A stretch of DNA of 64,000 bases from the human T2T-CHM13v2.0 reference genome, Homo sapiens. A model generated the notes under the pieces. That model worked only from the letters and a program-made list of their open reading frames with translations. It had not been told where the DNA came from and did no database searches. This document shows positions 22,462 to 35,887 of the stretch, one piece after another. The first letter of the stretch is position 1. Every line of letters begins with the position of its first letter. A program made the translations under genes and the position numbers. Location of the stretch: assembly GCF_009914755.1 (NCBI RefSeq), contig NC_060934.1. The stretch is one strand, 5' to 3'.

Positions 22462-24944
22462 GGCTTCCTTGCCTGGACAAAGCTGCCGGTGGAGAGGCAG
22501 CACAGAGAGGGGCCCTGAGCCCATTGGAGGAGGTCCGACACGTGCTGTGGTCTTTAGCCGGCCAAAGGCTTTCCCCTGGGCTGTGGTGGGAAGCTCCTCC
22601 AGTTCGTAATAGGGCAGGAATCTCACTCCCTCTTCACATCAGCCATTGTCTCTGTTCCATTTCATGGCGTGCATTTCATACTACATTCAGCCATCGTCAC
22701 AACAGCTCCACTTGAAAGTTTGTTTGGAAAAAAAGTCAAAGAACATTCATTATGCATGAGCTTAGAAAGACTCAGCACACTCCTAAAATCGATACAATGC
22801 ACCTCTTCTTTCCAGCTTATAAATTATGGCAGCACTTCAGTCTTTGCAGAGAACATTGGGAGCCCACATTTGAGTGGAAGAGGGATTGAATTCCTTGCTT
22901 TTCCAGGAGTCTAAAGCTGGCTGGTGCCTCTGTGGCCCGGCAGCAGCCAGGATGCTAAAAATGGTGGCTTCACACAGTGACCCCGGGCTGCCTGTGGAAG
23001 GACTTTGCTGAGGAAAACACAGCAAGGATGGTCAGGAAGCTCTTCTCCCATATCTCCCTACCCCGTGAAAAGAGAACTGTTCACTGCAGCTCAGCTCACT
23101 TTACATTCCGCCCCTTCCTACCCGCCAGCACAGCCCTGCCTTCAGGACACTGTTTCCAGGTGGGTTTCCCCTTGAGCCATTTGGTATTTCCTTGTTGCTA
23201 ATGAGACAAAATAATGAACTGTGCTCCCAGCACCTGTCATTCGGTTGTCCAGTGCTCAAAACCATTTTGCCACAACACTGATGTCATTGAGACCGCAGAG
23301 GTGAGTGCATGAGGACCTCTGTAGCACACCCAGCTCTCAGAGGGACACTTTCCTCAACCCGCCTGGCAGGTGGGCCGGGGTCCCTGGAGGGCTTCCAGGG
23401 GTCGGCCAGAGAGGATGCCACTGTGCCTCCCACCTCTGTGCTTCTTCCAGCAGGAGTCCCCAGATTTTGTGGACTGTTGCTGGTGAAAAGTGCCAGGGCG
23501 GTCTTAGGTCCCAGACTGACTGTGCTAACACCCACTTCTCGTCCTCCTTCTTCTCTTCCTCCTTTTTCCTTAAACTGTGGAACAAGCCCACCCTCTTCTT
23601 TTTAACCACCTATTGTGGTGTCATCCCTGAGCTGCTGGCTCTGCAGAGCCCAGAGTCCATCCCCCCAGCCCCAGCGGGAGGCACCCCCTGCTAAGGAGAC
23701 CCTTGTCGCGCTAACACGAGAGGCTAACAGCAGCGCTGGGGTTGGTGGGGGCTTTGGCCACAGACAGGACCAGCCCGAGGTTCCTTCTCCTTCCACATGG
23801 AGCCTCGGGGATATCCTGCCAGGGTGTGTGCCTTGAGGGGAGAGGGGAGGGACTGAGCCAGCCCACCTGAGCCATCGGCAGGGCCAACTTGGCAGGAGCA
23901 CAAGCTGCCCCTCCACCTGCTCCTTTTCCTCACCTGGCTGGCCGAGGCCTGTGGCAAAAGGAAACAGCAGTGATGTTAACACCTTCCTCAGGAACCGCTG
24001 TCGTGCTCTGTTGAGAACATGGCGGGGATGCCTCTTGGCCTGGCTCTGCGCCCAGGTCTCCATGACCCAGCCCCAGGGAGGACCTCCACTTCCAGGCACA
24101 GTCAGGCTTCCTGCCCTCAGGCTGGGACTCGGTGAACACACTCCCATGGTGCCCCTGGTCCTCACCAGGCACCAACACACTCAGAACTCACTGCCCTTCA
24201 TTTCCGAGGCTCTGCCTTCAACCTCTTCTACCTTAGAAATTGAAATTATTGTCTTATACTATTACGACTTAACTAACTTATCTTCTCCTGTGCTGTGAAA
24301 CTAAGTGACTGGATAAATTGGCTGCATGGTAGGTGCTATAAAAAGCTCTCGGAAAATGACCTTCTCTCCTGAGAACTTGAGGGGTTCTCAGCCAACCCGT
24401 CTGCACCCACGTTGGTCCTGTTCAGCTTTGGGGTCTCACAGAGCCTCTGCCAGCAGCGCCATCCCAGTGAGAGGCGCTTACCCACCTCTTCCCACAAACC
24501 ATCTGTTCATCAAGGTGGTGTTTACCTTTCAGGCATCCTGGAATCACCTGGTGTGGAGGAGGCCCTGGGCAGGGCGGAATTCCACGTCTGGATCCAGTGC
24601 TTCCTTGAGGGGAGCCTGGGAAATTTGCTTCTCCCCTCTAAGACGCGCCTGTAAAATACAGACCCCAGTACCTTCCTTGTGGTGTGTTCTCAGGGCTGAG
24701 ACACCCTGCTTAGGGTAGCATTGGTCACACTGATGGCATCCAATCCACGCCAGCCTCGCAGCCTTGTCCCTCTCCTCTCCAGGGCTTCCCTGTCCTTCCC
24801 CCTCCCCGGGTACCAGACTTACGGGGGCGAGGAGCTTGCTTTTTTGACCTGGACTCACCAACCACCCCTTCCTTGCCACCTGGAGGAAGCCCACTCTTCT
24901 GACCTCTGAACCCTGTGCTGCTCAGGTTCCCGAGATCCCCGGCT

Positions 24945-25070
24945 GGGCCGTTGTTTGCAGGCATTCCCACTCCAGCTGAGAGCCGGCCCCTAGCAGGCGT
25001 TCCCACTCCAGCGGAGAGCCGGGCCGCTGTTTGCAGGCATTGCCACTCCAGCGGAGAGCCGGCCGCTGGC
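24945..25070 (+). repeat. About 37-41-bp tandem repeat, 3 copies
   Basis: gcaggcattcccactccagc(t/g)gagagccgg x3. Confidence 0.85.
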
Positions 25071-26419
25071 CCAGGTTACTTCATGCCTGCCTCTTGGCAT
25101 TTGCCTCTGAGTGCCAAGAGAAAGAGGTGGGCACGTCACCTCTCCTGATTAGAGAGGTTAACAAGTTAACCTGCGGGGTTGCTGTGTTCACAGAACACAG
25201 AGCTACATCCAGGCCACTAGGAGTTGGGGCCTCTGGCCTTGCCTTAGTGCCCAGGCCAGGGCAAAGCGGTGTGAGCGGGTCCTTTCCACCCACGGTGAAG
25301 CACTCCAGGCTGGGAAGGGGACAGAGCACCTCACAGAACGCCTGAGGGTGCCTCCCACCTCTGTGCTTCTTCCAGCAGGAGCCCCCAGATTTTGTGGAGA
25401 CATAACGACCCTTTATCAGAAAGAGCTTTTTTTCTTCTTTTTGGCTAAGTTCGGGAAACAATTACTGTCCTGCCGTCTGCTGACGGTCACAGTGTGATCT
25501 GCCATCTGCTGAAGGTCAGTGTGATTCTAGCAAACCTCTCCAACAGATCCACGGGCTGGCTGGTATTTCCTCCGTTCTGAAATTTTAAAAACTCCAAGGT
25601 GTCTGGGTTCAAGACTTTCTTCTCCTTCTCAGTCCAAATCTCCTCCTCCTCTTCTGATAACGAGCCGACTCTCGTGGCTGGGCTTCCCCATCCTGCCCTT
25701 TGCTGCAGGCCTTTGCGGACCCCCAGCAGGCTCCCTCCTCTCCTCCGTCTCCCTTCCTCTGCCTCAATGCAGTCGAGTCCCCGGCAGGTCTCATCCTAGG
25801 TGCCACTTCTTCCAGGAAGCTTTCCCTCCCAGACCCCAAGCCCAGGCCAGCTGTCCCTGTGTGTTCCAGAGCCTCCATGATCACCTGTTGCTCTCTGTCC
25901 CCCTGCTCCTCGGAAGGCCCTGAAAAGCAGGTGCCAACCCTGCCCCCCGCCAGCGCCTCCCATTTCCCTTCAGGCCCATCCTGTGACGCCAGCATTCCAG
26001 GGCCCACATCGTCATCCTGGCAGATGGAGTGCCGTTAGAATAATGAGCAGACATCAGGGCTAACGGGCCCACCTGTAGGGGCATCCTCAGGCCAGACAAG
26101 GCAGGCCACATGTGCCATGGGTATCTAGGCATTCTCAGCACCGAATCCTGGCACTCCAGCCTGACCTGCCCTTGATGTCAACAGCTCATCAACCTGGACA
26201 CACTTTATGATTCACCTCCATGAACCACAGACTGCATTCTTGGTTTGTTTTGTTCTTAAGATGGTATGAAGGTGAGAACCCCCATTAGGGTTTAGTGAGA
26301 TGGTCTGTGTGAACCACGCAGTGGCTGTGAATTTTGCTTCTTTACCTTGTGTTTTGCTTTTGTAATAAGTTTTTACCCATAATTAGAAGTTAGATCTATA
26401 TAAATATATCTATTCATAC

Positions 26420-26722
26420 ATATATGAACATATAAGTGTGCACATGCATATGTTTGCATATGCACGTGTGTACATACACATGCACACACATTTTCAGATG
26501 ATTATATGTGTGTGCACGTGTGTACATGCACGTGCACACACATGTTCAGATGATATATATGTTTGTGTGTGCACACATGTATATGTACATGTGCACACAC
26601 ATGTTCAAATGATATATGTGTGTTTGTGTGCACACGTGTGTACGTACATGTGCACACACATATTCAGATGATATATATGTTTGTGTGTGCACACTTGTGT
26701 ACATACACGTGCACACACATGT
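26420..26722. repeat. TG/CA-rich compound repeat with about 59-bp period
   Basis: ca(g/a)atgat at 26495, 26547, 26606 and 26665, embedded in alternating purine-pyrimidine tracts. Confidence 0.85.
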
Positions 26723-28559
26723 AAAGGTGGCCCAGTAGAGGTTCTGAGTCCCCCTGCTGCTGGCTGGACAGAGGCCCTGCCCCAGCTTCCTCCAGGGCTG
26801 CCGACTCTCAGGACAGCCCAGAGTTTGGTCTTCTCATACCACTGCCAGCCACACACTGGGCAGTAAGATGCTGTTTGAGTTGGAACAATTTCCTCTCTTC
26901 GGATCATGCCTTCCTGCCTCCAATGCCCTTGAGAAAACAGATAAGAAGAGAAATTGTAGAGGAGCTGAGCAGAGCAGGTGCATCCAGGCAACTGTAGCAA
27001 AAAATCCAGACAGGCCAAAAATCCAGGATTATATTATTACAACAGCCTGACTTTCACAATAGGAGAAATGTGTTTTGGAAACACCCCGACAACCGCCACT
27101 TGGTTTGGTGTTGTCTGACGAGCTAAATCAAAGAGGATGCTGTGGCCCCTCTGAAATCTCCTTGGTTATCCTCCTTCCTGGGAGGTGAGGCATGACGTCT
27201 GAGCCCTCTGAGACAGGCTGCACCCATTACCTGTTACCTGCTGATAGTTTCAGTCTGAGTTTCCAAGCCTGGCCCCTCCTGTCAAAGGTTACAGGCCTGA
27301 CTTAGCTCTATGAAACGTGGCACGGTGTGCGTGAACCTTTCTGCTCACAGTTTGTCACTAAGCTTCGGGCACTACACTTGGTGCATTACTGAATATTTTG
27401 GGTCATCCTTTTTTTTCTCCGTCTTACAAAATAGGATTTGCATATACTTGTTGGCATTTGGAATATTAACATAATGTTCAGAAATGGTAAACCATAAATC
27501 AACAAAATAACATACTACTATATGTCACTAGCCCAGATCTGATAATTGCCACTTCGTGTTATGTTGCAAAGAACACTAAAATATATTTGAAATTCCTAAG
27601 TGAACATTAATTATCAGTCATTTATATTAGAAGTCAGAGGGGATTTTAATTTCCCAGGTGCCATTTGTTAAAACCTGTGATACTGACTAAGATGGATGGG
27701 CCCTGAGTTTACCAACCTGTTTTGCAATAATTATTATGGCCACTTACCTTGGGGCAGCCAGGTGGGTCCCCAATCCAGCAAACATTTGCCGCCTCACCGG
27801 GAGAGCATTTCCTCAAGGTCTGTGTTTTCACAAGTCCTGCAGGGACATTTGGCTACTTTCCACGTTGTAATTGTTTTTCCTTATTGACACTTAGATTAAT
27901 TCACCTTACGAGTGTGAAATATTCTACTTTCGAGTGAGCCCCCGTTGATTTACAGAGTCACATTGAGTCCTGTCCCCTCGCCATATTGATCTTTCATTAT
28001 TTTCCTATCTTAGAAGTTTCCCATGAAACTTAGGAAACTTAGGAAGTTAATAATAATAAACTTAGGAAGTTAATAAAGACTTCCTAATTACCCTTAATTA
28101 GCTTTATTACTTGTCATTGCACATTTAAGATTATTATTTAAATGTTTTATGTAAGGATTAATTCAAGGAGAGGATTGCTAAATCATGCCCAGGTGGCCCC
28201 ACAAAGAATGAGAGTCAGAAGGACTCAAGCCACGTGAGGTTCTGTCCTTCCAGCTGGGCCCTGATTGCTCCTGGAACCCCAGCTGTCCCCTGAGGCAGAG
28301 GCCAGGCCGGGCCAGGAACTGACTGGGCTCCCGCGGACGTGCAGCCAGGCATTTGCTCTGGGCTCCTTCTTCTCTTGGCCTCACCTTCTAAGTGTGCCCT
28401 GGGCTCAGAAGGAGATGGGAAGCAAAACTCAGCTTCCTCCCTGGACCCCTGACCCCAGAGCCTCATCCATCTTGGCACCGATGGAGCTGCGCCAGCTCCC
28501 AAATTCCAGGCTCCCGCTTCCAGTAGCAACAGCAAAGCCTGGGACTGTGTGTGGTGCAG

Positions 28560-28720
28560 CAGCTCGGGGCTGGATGCTGTATCTGAGCAATGTAATCCTC
28601 ACCTTGTGAGGGAGGCAGTAACAACATCCCTGTTTACAGGCGAGGAAACAGAGGCCAACAGGAAACAGAGGGGCAGGGATCCGGGCCCTGAGACCCTAGA
28701 GCCTGGCAGTACCCCAGGAA
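28560..28720 (-). mobile_element. MIR fragment
   Basis: taatcctcac..gtgagggaggcag..tttacaggcgaggaaacagaggc core. Confidence 0.6.
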
Positions 28721-29199
28721 GTCACATGGCCAGCCCTTATCCTTGGGTCCATCCAGGTTGGCTGCCTCAGCACCTTCTCCAGGAGCCAAGTGCCTCCTCA
28801 CCTGCCCTTGACCACCTCTGCCCAACACCCTCCCAAAACTCGCGGTGACCACCACGCTCAGGCTGACAAAGCCCTGAGCAACTTCTGCCCCCGCCAGCAC
28901 CACTGCACACCCCCTGACCTGGGAACTCCTGACTGCCGAGCACAGGGCAGGAGCGGGGCCCATGGGCAGCTTCCAGCATCCCCACGGAGCGCAGGTTCCT
29001 TCTGAGCCAGAGGGGGCTCGGGGAGGCTGCAGGAAAGCCGTGCAAGGTGTGCAAGCCATCGCCTGACTGATAAGCTGAGGGGTCCCGTAAACCTCAATCC
29101 AACGCTGCCAGAAATCCCAAATGCTCCCTCTCCCGTGCTCAGCCAGGGCCCTGGCTTCTCCCTCAAACCCCACGTGACGTGGTCTTTTGTTTCCTGATT

Positions 29200-29344
29200 A
29201 CGTGACCACTTCCACGGGACACTGAAACCACTCCAGGCAGGGAACTGCGCACATCATCTTTACAGTCTTGACCCTCAGCAGAGTGACTGGTTCCTGAGAA
29301 AAGCTCACCCAGTGCTCGAATGAATGAATGAATGAATGAATGAA
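29200..29344 (+). mobile_element. L2 3' end with (TGAA)n tail
   Basis: cagtgctcgaatgaatgaatgaatgaatgaatgaa. Confidence 0.5.
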
Positions 29345-31779
29345 GAGCTACACAAGTGAGAGTGGCTTTTGGGTCCTGTGACAATGGGCTTGGTGTCACT
29401 GAGCCTTGGTCCCTTCCAGCCCATGGTAAAGGAGGCTTCTGTGGCTCTCTCCAGGCCCACGTGGTCTGATGCCCTGGCAGTGACAGAAGCAGCATCGTGC
29501 TTAGCTCCTGTCAAAAACAAAGCTCAGATACTTGCTTTTGCCTCCTTGTTCATATACATTTGCATTTTGATCACTTAAGACCTCAAGGAGACTCGAAAGG
29601 AGAGCACTCCTAGGCCCCTTCATCTCTCCCTCCTTCATCTGCATTAGCAAATCTGCATATAAATGGCAAAGCCACCCTGGCAAGGGCTTTCTCCAACAAC
29701 ATCCTCAGAATCTCCTTCCTGATCACTGCAGCTGCACTGATAGCAATTTGCACTTGCCTGTTACCAAATTAGACCCAGCAATTGAGCTGAGAGCTGGCAG
29801 CAGGGCGGGTCCCACTCAGGGAGACTCCTCGTCTATTCCCAGGGCCAGGGCCCCTGCTGGCAAGGGGAGGGCAGGGAAAGGGCCCTCGGAGATGTACCCC
29901 AGCGGGCCGGGGCAGACATGCCCCTTGGGCCCTCGCTGGGACGCCCCTGCCTGCGGCTGGTTGGAGCTGTCTCCCAGGCAACGCGTCCCAGTGCATCGGG
30001 AGCTCTTTCCAGATGAGGCTCTGAATCTGCAACTTAGCAGAAGAGGCGTTCTCTGCTGTTTTTATGGGGGGTACTTATCACATTTTCACAGACAACATAA
30101 ACATAATTTTAAGTATCAAACATCTTTAATGTCTTTATTCCTCAGGAAGTGACAGTAAATGCCCCTCTATTAAGGGCTGTTTCCTGTAAGGCGGAGATAA
30201 AACCAATAAGCGCGGTTTACTTCTTAGGCGCGAGCATCAATCTCAGCCGCCCATCCTTCCTTTAGAGCTAATTTAGAGTTATTGCACCTCGAGCGAGGCC
30301 GTCCAAATTGAGCTTAATTCACATTCCAGCTTCAAAAACAAGGTCTGTGTCTCGCTGTTTCCCTATTGTTATATGGGCTCTCATTTCTGTGCTTTTGATC
30401 CCAAATTCTAAGAACTCCCTTTAGAAAGCCTTGCTGGGAAGGTGGTTTGGTGGGGACCAGGTTCTGGAAGGACAGGTCGGCAGGGTAGCCTGGAGTGGAA
30501 ACACCCAGCAATCAGCCCACACGCGGAGCGGAGTGGAGGGCGGGTCAACTCACTTCCGCAGTTGAGACTGACTCTGCCTGGAAGTCAAGGGGTTGGCACC
30601 AGCCCCCTGTCGCCTGCCCAGGTGTCGTCCCCCACCACAAGGCGGTACCTGGTTCCTCCTCCAAAATGCCTGTTCGCAGGGCACATCAACTGCCTATTAT
30701 TTATTGGTAATCCGTCTATTAGGCACAGACGTAACACACTTTAATTCGGTGTTGCTTCTCTTTTGCTCTAAAAATGAACGCAGGCAGAGCACAAACCTCA
30801 TTCCAGGGGACGTGCTGCACGGGCAGACTCAGAAACTCAGACTCCCTTCAAACTGCACGAATTCCCACGGCTCTTAAGAGAGATCATTTCCACAGCCATC
30901 ATTTATCCCAGATAACTTGAGGAATTCATCGCTAGCTATTTGCATTTACTGGCTCCACGAAAGGCTGAGTTAATTAAAAGTTCCTTGGGGTCCTAAACGA
31001 TATTTCTTGGGAATGAGATTCTGGGACTGAAATTATGATCTGTGTGGGAGGAACCCTGGTCCCTCCAGAGTGCGCTTGCCTGAAAGACTGTTATAGACCT
31101 AAATAAACCACGGAGGCCCCCACACCCCAGAGGCTGGACGGGAGCCGCAGACGGTGGGCCATGGACACGCCCCCTCCAGCAGGCAGGGGGATGTTAGGTG
31201 CTGACCTTGGGCACTACCTGTTGACCTTGCACAGGTCCTCTGGGCTCATCCTTGTATCCACTCATGACCCGGCACCTGGGGAGGCAACTGGCATTGCCCA
31301 CACACAGACGGCAGTGGCATAGAACGAAAAGTCACACATGGTGGACTCAGCCCGACGACGGTTCAGACCCCAGCCCTACCATCCACTAGCTCTGTGTTTT
31401 CCAGCAAATCATTCATTTCCACATCTGCCACTGAGGCTGAGGACGCTTCCCTCCCCGCTGGCCCCGAGTCTAGGAGGATAATGCATGGAGGCCTGGAAAG
31501 CAGAGGGGGCACAGTCTGTTCCTTGGTGTGCTCGAATTTCCTGGGCTTTCCAGGAGCCCTGAGATCTGTGGAAGGGGAACCACAGGATCCCTAGCAAGGC
31601 CTCCCTTCTGGACTTCAGGGAAGGTTGAGGGGGTCCATGTGCATGCACTGGTGCAAGCAGGGCTGGAGACAGGCTGCCTCATCCCTCCCAGGGGAGCACC
31701 CATCCGGCGTCCTCCAACAGGAGGCGGGAGAGTCCCCGCTGGGGGGACCAGGAGTTCAGATGCTCCAGCGCTCACTCCC

Positions 31780-32240
31780 ACTCACATGGAGGCAGCAGAC
31801 ACACAGCAGCACTCACAAGCACACACACACGCAAACACACACATGCACACCCCCACTCACACAGAGGCAGCAGACACATGGCAGCACTCATAAGCACACA
31901 CACACATGCAAACACACACACGCACACTCCCACTCACACAGAGGCCACAGACACAGTACCACTCTCACACTCACATACACACACACATGCACACACAAGG
32001 AGGCAGCAGACACACATGGTAACCCACATACACACACACACACAAAGGCACCAGACACACATGGCACCACTCAAACACACACAAACACACACAGAGGCAA
32101 CTCTCACAGGCACACGCACACTGACATGGAGGCAGCAGACATGCACGGCACCACTCACACATGCACACACAAGGAAGCAGCAGACACGCACTGCCCTCCT
32201 GCACACACACACACTCACACACCCTCACATACACTCACTG
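31780..32240 (+). repeat. CA-rich degenerate repeat with recurring gaggcagcagacac
   Basis: (CA)n tracts interspersed with a repeated gaggca..cagacac motif. Confidence 0.85.
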
Positions 32241-32882
32241 ATGCATACAGCCCACGTCAGAGTCCACTGGGCACCAGCAGCCTTAGGTCAGTTGCTGTCC
32301 TTGGGTTGAGCCATCCTTGGCACCCTGGGGAGGGGCAGACGCTGTGGACATTTGGGGTCTAGGGGCTGCCCCCACAAAGGTCAAGGACTCCAGGGCAGAG
32401 CTGAACACCCTCAGCCCCAGCCTGGCATGGGCTGGCCCCTACTCTCAGGGCCGCTTCTCCAAGAGCCCCTGGCCAGTGCCTGCCTCTTCCTGGCCCTGCT
32501 TCCCTCTGAGAGGCTGGGTCTGGTGCCCCCAGAGCATCCAGGTGGAGCGGCTAGTGAGGGTCAGCCAGCCTGGCCAGGAACAGGGCCAGGAGCAGGATGC
32601 ATACGCCCTGGACCCTATGCATCCAGCCTCCCCATGCTGCGTCCAGGAGCGTCACTGGCCTCCCGGGTGCACAGCCGTCTCTGCTCCTCACACAGGGGGC
32701 TGGGGCGCAGAGGGCAGCTCTGCAGGTTTGCTGAAAATGATGGCAGGGCCTGGACAGCACCTCACCTCCTGGCCTTGCAGTGTCCAACGCCTCCTTCTGC
32801 ACCCGGAGTACCCAGCAAGGGTGCCTCAGGGAGCTCCACCCATGTCTGTGGGCCTCGCGGGGCCAACCCTGCCCATGGGTGG

Positions 32883-32935
32883 AACAGGAGCCTGTGTCAC
32901 GAAACAGGAGCCTGTGTCACGAAACAGGAGCCTGC
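32883..32935 (+). repeat. 20-bp tandem repeat, about 2.6 copies
   Basis: aacaggagcctgtgtcacga repeated. Confidence 0.85.
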
Positions 32936-34419
32936 CCCAAGTGGTTCCCGCAGGTGCAGGGCAGGCCTGGGCGCCCTCGCTACGCTAGTCCGGCTGTGCT
33001 TCCTTGTGCGGTGTCAGGGTGAGCCCAGGCAGGCCACAGCTCTCCCGCCTGGCTTCTCGGCCTGTCCTGGTTTGCTTCTGTTTCCTCTGTTGCATTTACC
33101 CACGTTCCTTAGGTCATGGAAGTTTCCGGAATCCTCCTGCAATAAAAGCTGGAGCAGTGCTGGCTTCTGAGTTGGTTGAGATGAGACTCATTCCTCCCTG
33201 AACACAGAAGCCGCACACACAGCCCCAGGCAAAGTCTCTGGCTGGCAGCCAAGCTGTGCCCTGCACTTGGTCAGCTGGTCAAGGTCGTGACCTCCCTGGC
33301 CAGTGCCTTTTCCCAGGGTCCCGGGGCTGTTTCTGGGGAGCGGAGTCTGACTCAGAGTGCAGGTGTCCTAGAGGAAGCCAGCGAAACCAGCAAGGCCTCG
33401 CTGGAGCAGAGCCTGGGTGTCGGGTTGTTCAGCTCAGGGTCCCACTGCAGCGCTGAGCCTAGAAATTCTGGAACAAGGGGAAGAGTGGAGGAGGAGTGGC
33501 CAAGTGCCCTCCAAAGGGGGAAGCAGGGGATTCACCTCTGCTGACCAATGCAGGGCCGCCCAGGAAGACAATTTAATTCCAGTCTTTTCCCATGAACGTG
33601 TTTCCACTCACCCGTGAGCACAGAGCCTCTGCTGATGAGAACCCTGCACAGGGAGCCACTCTGGCCGGGGCCCAGGTTTAATTAAAACACAGCCAACATG
33701 GTCAGGTTGCCTTTACCTGGGAAAAGCAGGATCCTTGGTACCTACGGAATCTTTTTTGCAAATTGACATTTAATATAACATTAAAAACAAATCATGCTTA
33801 CATTAAAGGTAGTATGAAGTATTAATTTCACTTTAAAACATTTCCAGAGAATTTCTCTAAGAACAGGTCCCGGAGAATATTACTCCACTCATTTTATTCT
33901 GTTTATTTGTAGCTTTCCAGGGGAGAGTTTTCTTTCACTTTTCTCTTTAGCTTACACCATTTCCTAGAAGCCCATTTTTATGCTCCAGGTTCTATCCTGT
34001 TTAGCCTTTCCTCATATACCCATAGAATACAACTCCCTCCACCCCTCCTCAACAGACACAGACTCCCGATTGTAGAAATGGGGCTCATGGGGCCTGTCGA
34101 GCCCAGGAAATCCTGGAAATGGGTCCCTGAAACCTGCAGGCCAGGTGACTCATCAGAGGACGTGACGCTTCTCAGAAGTCTCGCTGGAACCCGCACTTTC
34201 CCTGGTCCAGGAAGAGGCATTCTCTGGAATCTGTTCTTGTCCTTGTAGGTGGTTCTCAGTAACACACAAAACAGTGACCAATAAGAGAAGATGATGGAAA
34301 TGAGGCAGACCTCAGAGGCCACCCACAAACCCCCGGGACCCCTGATCCCAGGTCCCACCCTCACCTGCCTCAGCCTGAGCCAGCCCTGAGCCTGGAGAAC
34401 AGGAAAAAAGGCCAGACTA

Positions 34420-34735
34420 CCACACAAGAGCATGTGCCACACGGGAGCTACATGCCACATGGTATCCACATGCCACGCAGGAGACACACACCACACAGGA
34501 GCCACGTGTCACACACCACATGGGACCACATGGTATCCACATGCCACACAGGAGCCACGTGCTACATGAGAGCCCCACGTCACACAGGAGCCACATGCCA
34601 CGTGGGAGCCACACACCACATGGGACTACATGGGGTCCACCTGCCATGCAGAAGCCACATGCCACACAGGAGCCAGTGCCACATGGGAGCCACGTGCCAC
34701 ACAGGAGCCATGTGCCATGCAGAGTCACACACCAC
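34420..34735 (+). repeat. Degenerate about 18-bp minisatellite (ccacacaggagccacatg)
   Basis: Recurrent ggagccac(a/g)tg / ccacatgg units. Confidence 0.8.
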
Positions 34736-34944
34736 ACATTGGCCTTGGGAGCCTTACCTTGGAAGGCAGAGGGCCCGGCCGGATCAGGTGGAGGTCAAGA
34801 GCCAGGGCTACACATGGATCCCTGCAGTCTCAGGGCCATTCTGCCTGAAGGCTGATTTCCCTTTCAGATAACAAAGAACAACAAAGCTTAAACATTTTTT
34901 AAAGTTTTAAAGCTATAAACAAAAGCAAAGCACACGTCTATTTC

Positions 34945-35255
<311 letters not shown>

Positions 35256-35411
35256 AAACACATCTATTTCTTCAGTAGCAAGGGTGGAGCTAGCCAGAGC
35301 CTGACATCATGTGCACAGTAGAAAGGAGAGCACAATTTGCAGACAAGTCTAAAGGAATGACGGGATGGGCACACGAGGCACCTGCTGGACACAGTGCAGC
35401 CAACACCACAG

Positions 35412-35566
35412 CAGCTGCCTCCACGGCCTGCAAACATTCTGGAAGGTCATCTGCGGGTGTGCCCAGCACGAGCTGGACGTGCAATACCCACCTGCCTCCA
35501 TGGGCTGGGAACGTTCCGGGAGGTCATCTGCAGGCGCACCTGGCTCGGGCTGGACTTGTAATATTG
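35412..35566 (+). repeat. Diverged 77-bp tandem duplication
   Basis: ctgcctcca..aggtcatctgc..gctggac..aata occurs twice. Confidence 0.75.
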
Positions 35567-35887
35567 ACCAATCAGCATCCACTGCCTTCTCCCCAGGAAA
35601 CCCCTTCGTTTCCAGAGGCTGCTGTGTGTTCCCTGGTTCACTGGGCCCTTGTGGTTTGCCGTTTATTCCTTCCCACCCTGGGATCCATCTGTTATTTGAT
35701 CAGAACAAAGTTTTCTGTCTCCTCTCACCTGATTCCAATCAGGCATCCAATGTGTCAGCCCCAAGTGTGGGGACAAAACAACCGTGGTAGCCCCCCCAGT
35801 CCAGCCTTCCCGCATCCTAGGGCCAGGCGGGACCTGCCTTCTTCTTCCCAAGCTTTAAATAACTTTGAAGCTAAACTTAATTACCAC

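Noticed and set aside
31625-33170. 220-270-aa ORFs (His/Thr-rich and Pro/Gly-rich)
   Set aside because: Produced by a CA-repeat and GC-rich sequence; overlapping frames, no recognisable domain or exon structure
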